A DNA stretch of 64,000 bases. Source: Tubulanus polymorphus (Eukaryota; Animalia; Nemertea). The stretch is from assembly GCF_964204645.1 (NCBI RefSeq), contig NC_134031.1:1612001-1676000 (forward strand), read 5' to 3'. Below, in pieces: positions 56,674 to 64,000 of this stretch. Under the pieces are notes generated by a model. That model had not been told where the DNA came from. It worked only from the letters and a program-made list of their open reading frames with translations, and made no database searches. Numbering within the stretch: position 1 is the first letter of the stretch; the number at the start of each line of letters is the position of its first letter. A program made the translations under genes and the position numbers.

Positions 56674-57224
56674 TTCGACCTTTTTTGTCACGTCCTCGAA
56701 AAATCCTAGGCAGAATTATAACTGTTACTGTGTAATGATTTGCACCAGACGTGCTGACTATGGCATATGTTTTCGTATTAGGTGCCTTTACGTGGTCGTC
56801 ATTTGTTTGACTATTATATATGTATATTTATGGGAGTTATATGAAACTGGTTTTCAAGCTATCAGACCTAATTCGAAAACCTGTTATACTGGAAAAAATT
56901 TGCGTAATTTAGTCGTATACACTAAATACCTAGAAATACTGCAAGATAAAAACCCAACAGAACGTGTTCTAAAGACAACAATGCAGGCTGTTTTTTATTG
57001 TTTTCCCCTTATATTCATGCAATACGAAATGAAAATCATGGAGGAAAACAAAAATAATCCTATTACTATAGGGTACCTATGTACCGTTGTAGTGTGACGA
57101 ATTAAGTTGGTTTTAGGAGGCAAATTTTCTTCTCCAATGCAGCATTCTTTATCGGGTGAACACGTTCATTGGCAAGGCACCTTTAGTAAACATAAGCAAG
57201 GGATAATGCATAATAGATTGATGG

Positions 57225-60200
57225 ATGGGCCAGAGGATGGGTAATGGCGCTGATTGGTCCAAATTGTACTCATGTATCCACAATCTCAGTAAAGCCTTTG
57301 CTTCTTTTGTTTTACAGTCCCGACGGTCCTATCATGTCGTTACATGATGGCTTATGTGGGATTTTTCGGATTCATGTGGGTATATGCGCTGAGATTTAAC
57401 ATCAGTGTAGCCATCGTCTGCATGTCCAAGGTACCAAACGACACGATGAAAATCGAGGTCAACACAACAGCGCCCCCTGAGGAAGATTGTGGAAATGGAG
57501 GCAACGAAACTGTAAAAAGAATTGTAAGATAACGTTATCTTTCTAAATTATCTGTTAATCAATTATTAATTAAACGAATTCATTTATACCTTGAATATAT
57601 TTATGTTTTTAAGGAGGGAGAGTTCGAATGGAGTCGCCAGTTACAGGGAGTGGTGCTTTCGTCATTTTTCTGGGGGTATATTGTAACTCAAGTTCCAGGT
57701 GGATGGCTGGCGGCTAGGTATGGCGGTAAGATTGTATTTGGAGCTGGGATGTTGTTGACATCGGTGGCCACGTTACTGATTCCAGTAGGAGCTCGTGGAC
57801 ACGTTGGTGTTGTGATCTTCCTTCGGATCCTGATGGGCGCTGGCACGGTTAGTCCTAATACGCATTTCATACAAAAACTCCTTAATTAGTAAAACGAGTT
57901 CTAAGAAAACCAAATTTATTTTCTAGGGTGTTGTTTTCCCAGCTATGCATGGATTATGGGCTCGTTGGGCTCCTGCCCTCGAACGGACCAAGTTGATCAC
58001 TTTGACCTATGCAGGTATGTTGCACTATCCTATGTTGATGACTTGTTAAGTTCATTCGATAGATGTTTGGCAGATTGATTCATGTAAATATGCAAATTTC
58101 AATATTTTATAGGTACAATGATTGGTAATATATTTACATTTTTCGTCTCTGGATTGTTGTGTGAATACGGATTCGCCGGTGGTTGGCCTTCCATATTCTA
58201 CATCATGGGTATGTAAATTCAGTGCTCTTCTTGTGTGAACTTTCCTCTATTTATCAATATATTTCGATTTCTCATCTATTTGACAGGTATCGCTAGTGCC
58301 GTGTGGCTGATATTGTGGGGTGTGTTTGTATTCGACAATCCTTCCAAACATCCTCGTATCACCGATACCGAAAAGGACTACATTCTATCGTCTATTGGCA
58401 CCAACACCTTCAAGGACAGCACGGTAATAAATCAAACAAAAAACAAACAAATACATCGATTGCAGATTCTTAGATACAAATTGGGATATCATTTCAATAC
58501 TTCAATAAGCAAAGCGTAAATTGTACAAATTTCTGTGTTTCAGAAAATGAAGACTCCTTGGTTGGCGTTCTGTAAATCACTTCCCCTTTGGGCTATCATA
58601 GTCGGTCACGTGTGTAACAACTGGGCCAACTATACTTTGATGACCAGTCTGCCTAGTTACATGAAAGACGTGCTCAAATTCAACATGAAATCGGTAAATT
58701 CAGATTTAAAGTTAAAAGTGGCCACTATTGATGATCGTATAAAATCAACGCAACATTTGTTGCCGTTTCTGAATATGTACATGAACCATCTTGCTGAAAC
58801 ATCTTTCAGAATGGATTCTTCTCCGCGCTACCCTACATGGGTATGTTTGTTGCATCAATAGGCGGCGGTCAAGTAGCCGATATTCTCAGGGCTCGCGGGA
58901 TTCCCACGACTAAAGTTCGTAAAGGCGTTCAATTCATTGGTGAGAGACTTTATTTCCAATAGTTGTAACATTACTCTAATTCTTCTCTTTTGACCAAACT
59001 TTATTTCGAACTGGATTGACGATGTTACTTACAACCTTGAATTTTAGCGTTCGTGGTGCCCTCTATATTCGTGATCGCTGTCGGTTTCCTGGACTGTACC
59101 CAACGCATGTTAGCAGTAGCATTCTTGACCATCGCTGTAACTACTACCGCCCTCTGTCGGTCGGGTTACATCGTTAACCACGTTGATATCGCACCGAGGT
59201 AGGTCAATTTCCCGATATTAAGATTTTATTTGACGAAACTTTTTTTTTTCGTATACGTTGTTTAGAATGCACAGCGTCTGTTTTTCAGATATGCTGGAAT
59301 ATTGTTCGGTATCACGAATACATTTGCTACATTGCCGGGAATGATCGCTCCAGTTGTGGTCGGTCAAATTACTCAAGACGTAAGTCTCCTTTCTACCATT
59401 TACAATATTCATAAAACTTCACACTTAGAAATATTCATGACGAGCCATTTATAGCGCTAAGTCCAACTCAGAGCACCATTGTCTCTTAAGCTAGAGTTCG
59501 CTCTAGGATCCCTACCCTAACCATGCATCACTCATATCTTCGTGGGGAGAAGTAACATCTGAACAACTCTACTTAATGCTTAGGGGTCATCTATCAGTCT
59601 CTTAAGCAAGAGTTCGCTCTAGGATCCCTACTCTAACCATGCATCACTCATATCTTCGTGGGGAGAAGTAACATCTGAACAACTGTACTTAATGCTTAGG
59701 CGTCATCTATCAGTCTCTTAAGCAAGAGTTCGCTCTAGGATCCCTACTCTAACCATGCATCACTCATATCTTCGTGGGGAGAAGTAACATCTGAACAACT
59801 CTACTTAATGCTTAGGCGTCATCTATCAGGCCAGGTAACCACTTACCTACTGAGTGTAGAGAGGTTATGAGGATGAGAGTCTTGTCCCGAGGACACCATA
59901 CGATTATATACAACCTGGCTTCCCTTCACCCAGTCCTGGAAGTGATTGTTGTATGTCGCTTTACGACCCTGTGGTACACCAGACACTGAAGGCTTCCCAT
60001 GAGTCGAACGCTCTATTAACCACTCGCCCGCACCGCAATTCAAACCTGTATTTCGTTTTTCCAGCGATCAAGAGCCTCGTGGCAGATTGTGTTTTTCATC
60101 TGTGCCGGCTTCTATCTGTTCGGAGCAGTGTTTTACACTATATTCGCCAGCGGGGTCGAACAGGAGTGGGCCAAAGCGCCCCCTAGTGACGACCAAAACA

Positions 60201-60280
60201 ACGCCGATCACGACGGCAAGGACGGCGAGGCGGGAATACCGTTGACGTCGATGGAAGCGGACAAACCAACCAACGTGTAA
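57225..60280 (+). CDS. SLC17/sialin-like transporter, paralogue C; first exon tentative (57225-57240)
   Basis: Exon from 57318 ([29 protein letters not shown]), [44 protein letters not shown]; stop at 60280. Confidence 0.9.
59482..59829 (+). repeat. Three tandem copies of an about 116-bp unit in the last intron of paralogue C
   Basis: TCTCTTAAGC(A)AGAGTTCGCTCTAGGATCCCTAC...CATCTATCAG starts at 59482, 59598 and 59714. Confidence 0.92.
59830..60036 (-). mobile_element. Degenerate tRNA-derived SINE
   Basis: Minus strand has GGGCGAGTGGTTAATAGAGCGTTCGACTC (tRNA-like head) followed by GTGTCCTCGGGACAAGAC...CTCTCTACACTCAG...GGTTACCTGGC, a common invertebrate SINE body motif. Confidence 0.5.
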
Positions 60281-60921
60281 TAACTGAAATACCGCGTTTT
60301 AATCCAATACTCCAAAATTGTTAATTCTTAGCTAGGACCAGATTCATGAATTATCAAGTTTTTTCGAAGAATTCAATAAAACCTATATAATTGATTATCT
60401 GATGACAATTTGTGAATAGATATTTCAGCGAATATAAATGAATGCTTAGATGAGTAATTAGAAAGAATATTGCGTATACAATACTACTCAGGAAATTTAT
60501 TAATTTTCGGAAAATTATTATTCATAGGCCAGACCAGAGTTCACGAAATAAGTTTACCAGTAGAAGCGTAATCTTTAGTAGCAATAATCATGTACAATAT
60601 GGCTAAACGTATTAAACTAGGCTTTAGCAAATTTTAACAGTCGTTTTTATTTACTGCAATGTGCTTAATGATATCTTATAACTATATATTCGAATTATTT
60701 TTACTTTTTTAGATGATAGATTTTACTTGAATGTATAGGAATCAGTTATACAATACAATCACAGTTCATGTTCACAGTGTTATGTGGTTTACCATCGTTC
60801 CAAAGAGAGATCTTTTAGGTTCCAAATTTTAGAAAAATGTTAAATCGATATGCAAATTTTGTGACATCACAACCTCACGACTCTTCTAGTAATTCGGAGT
60901 GTTGCGCGCGCAGTATAGATC

Positions 60922-60927
60922 TATATA

Positions 60928-60961
<34 letters not shown>
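60922..60961. repeat. (TA)n microsatellite
   Basis: About 40-bp TA run with one C interruption. Confidence 0.9.
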
Positions 60962-60962
<1 letters not shown>

Positions 60963-62800
60963 TCTAAGATAGTAGAGTATTTTTTCAACACTTAGAAATA
61001 AAAAGAGAAATATTGAGATAGTTTTTGATAGAAATATAGAATATATATTGTAAAAGAAATAGATTTATAGCCTGCATTATTTCATACAAGCTCTAGTTTA
61101 ATATTTTCATGATTTTGGTTTTGATTCGTGAAGGGTATATCATTCATCGCTTTCTATTTCGTTCGTGTGGCTTGGTTTTGTATGAATAGATGATTTTAGA
61201 TGTATATACATTTATTTGAAAGATTAATTGTTAAATTGTACGACATGAAATGACTCTAAATTGAGTTGTGCTTCGCTGTTCCGGATAAAATGATTCCCTA
61301 GAGCTGAAAACCCCCGCTCAATGTCTTGCATGTTTTATGTGTATAATACCCTCGTATATAGCTGTCTCAGAATTGTAATATATTTGTTAGATCAAATTGT
61401 TTTACACTGGTTCAAAGTTACTATTTGTAATTCATTTAGGTTCTCCTTATTATGTAGTTCTTCCGAAACGTGTATACAAATTATTAGTGATCTCTTACAG
61501 GGACAAGAAACTTGTTATCAATTAGATTGACATAGAAATACAATACTATCCCTGTTCATAGAGTACAACAAATAAAAACGCTAAATTTACAAAAATTACT
61601 TCAGTTTCTGTGTTGATTGTTTATTTTGAACCAGAAATTGAATATTGGTATACGACACCCGACAGAGTTACATTTGTGATAACGTTGTTGATGTTAGTCC
61701 GGTGTGATGCAAATTTGTTTGGTGCAAAAGAATATTTATTTGGGTCTCCCAGTTGGATTGTTTAATGTGTTTTAGTAATTGACAGTTCTGGAAACGAAAT
61801 GGACCGGTATTTGCATCCCACAGGTAGATATGTCGAAACGACTGTATAACGCACGTATAGACCTACTCGACCTGGCGGGATTCCGGGGGTATTCAACAGT
61901 CCACTTTCACTATTTTACACTCCCTTTGAAAGTTCAGTATTTTCATCACTTACTACGCCTCCCTCTACTCGCTCTATTTCCATTGCCCTCCATTTTTGGA
62001 GTACTCCAAGCTCCATTGGAGAGAACAATATCAACAAAGTGAAAAATCCCCAAATCTTTGCCGAAATTACATATGAGTAATTGCTTAAACCTTATCTCGC
62101 AACAAACATTTTAAAAAAAATCAAATACTAAAAGCTGTCGATCATTGTGAATGAGAGATATCTTTTCCTGTATTGGTTAAGAAAGAGTTTCGTACTCGTC
62201 GGGACAATTAATTAGGAAAGTTATTGTCAGGTTTCGTGAATCAACACAATGGCGCATTCTTTCGCAAGGGGAAACGTGCATAAATTGAAAGTATATACGT
62301 GTCAAATAATAGAAGTAGAATGTACATTGAGCTTGTCAGCAGGTGACTTTTCTCTCTAAACATAGCAAGCAATCATAACGACGACGGTATATAGTGTTCG
62401 TTTGCTGAACGACCTAAGTGGGAATTGAAATTCAAAACCAACAGTTCATCTGAAATACGGCTTCATGACAATTAATCAAATCAGTGTCATGTATACTTGG
62501 CCTCTTTGCTTCGTCCGACTTGCGTGTGATTCTATATCAATTACAACTAAGTCATCTGAAAAATATTTCTGGACTCTTTTCTGGAAAAGTTTCCAGAAAA
62601 TGGCCTTGATGGCCTCAAAACGATAAAAATGAGGCTAAATTAAGTTTAGAAAATGATTTTCATTATAATACAGCTATATTTAAACACTCCTTTGAGACAA
62701 AAATAACACACATAATTCTATCACAGACTGAGTATTTTAACGGTTCAGTTCAGTACACGCGAAATGACCTCGGATCCTATAAGTATGAAATCAGTTATTG

Positions 62801-64000
62801 TCACCACATAATCCACTTTCCCGGTTGTAACATATTTGACTTTTCGGCATTCTCGACTTTCAGTTCAAACGCCCGTTCCGACTGCGGAATTACTGGGATT
62901 TTTAAGAACAAACAAACAACGTTATGAAGATCCCCTGAAAAAAAAGCGAAGATTTACATAAAGATTCTAAAAGATGTTGAAGAATCCTATGTTTCCATAC
63001 GGGAAATGCCTAGCGTACCTTTTTTGATGGTAAACGCCTCATGCCACGATCGCTTCTCCGTATCGTAAAATTCAACGTGGCGTATATCATCGTTTGTTCC
63101 GAGACACGAACCTCCGAACACGTAAATGCGGTGCCCTAAAAACAGGAGGCATCGTTAATCAAATCATTCCAAAAGCCAAAATTACCAATAGAATGGAATA
63201 AAGTAACGAATACCTAGAGCTATAGCGCCTGCTGAATGCCGTGCATGTTTCATCGGTAAGATACCCTCGTTAAATTCCCACGGACTGATGATATCCGCCT
63301 GTAGGGGGCGCTCTTCATCGTCGTCGTCTGACGGCGGTTGTCCGTCTCTGTCTTTAGGCTCGTCGGGTAGCGCAGGCGGAGGTCTCGTTTTATCCAGCAC
63401 CTCCCTCAGAGGCACGTATGGTTGAAATGATTGTATCGTATCCAGCGATATGCATTCCTTCCTACCGTCCTGATAATACTTGTAACGTATACCTTTTCAT
63501 TGAAATACAATCGTGAGAATAAACTAGAGAAATGTGCAACGGCAAAGATTGATAGAGGAATAACAATCAACCGTAACTTCAATCATTTCATAGAATTTGA
63601 AATTAAAATCGCTGAAAGTTACTGGAATTGCACTCAATTAACTGAAAGAAATATTAACAAATGAAATGCAGATATTCATTTACCTCCAATGAAATAGAGT
63701 CGTCTTTTTACGGTGACCATACAGTGTTTGTAGATAGGTTTATTCAGATATTGAGGGTAGTCTTCGTCTAAATCTTGCCACGTTACGCGCGCCAATTTAT
63801 CAAATATCCTGTGTATATAAAAAGCATCAAAATGTACACGACGATGTTTAGATTGTAGGCCTAATACAAAGACTGAAAATATAGGCTTGAAATGATAAAT
63901 ACATATTTCAATGAATGGTTGATGTATCACTAACCATATATTATCTTCTGGTTGATCGTTACATTTTCCGCCGGAAGTGTACAAGGCGCCGTTGATGACG
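62801..64000 (-). CDS. 3' exons of a kelch-repeat protein, 5'-partial
   Basis: INGALYTSGG, HCMVTVKRRLYFIGG, MKHARHSAGAIALG|HRIYVFGG..VEFYDTEKRSW; last exon about 62934-62801 ends GKWIMW*. Confidence 0.82.

Overview
This is AT-rich, intron-rich animal (invertebrate-like) genomic DNA with GT-AG introns; no prokaryotic features, CRISPR arrays or rRNA are present. Gene order: a scabrous-like fibrinogen-domain gene (-) probably nested in an intron of a TBC (Rab-GAP) plus beta-propeller gene (+); XRCC2 (-); a 6.7-kb DNA transposon; an RRM-domain gene (+); COP1/RFWD2 (+); a SUMF2-like gene (-); a NAT8-like GNAT (-); three SLC17/sialin-like transporter paralogues (+,-,+); and the 3' part of a kelch-repeat gene (-). 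The most notable object is the transposon at 19685-26381. It has an exact 8-bp target-site duplication (CTGCCGCC), inverted repeats starting 7 bp inside each end, and two inverted arrays of 30-bp variant repeats. It carries a decayed multi-exon gene encoding a UIM-like motif, an OTU peptidase, a PHD finger and a region resembling the PWWP3A/MUM1 C-terminal domain. It is Zisupton/KDZ-like by architecture, appears to have lost the 5' part of its gene at a microhomology junction, and sits in the short divergent promoter region between XRCC2 and the RRM gene. All assignments come from manual translation and motif recognition; no searches were run.
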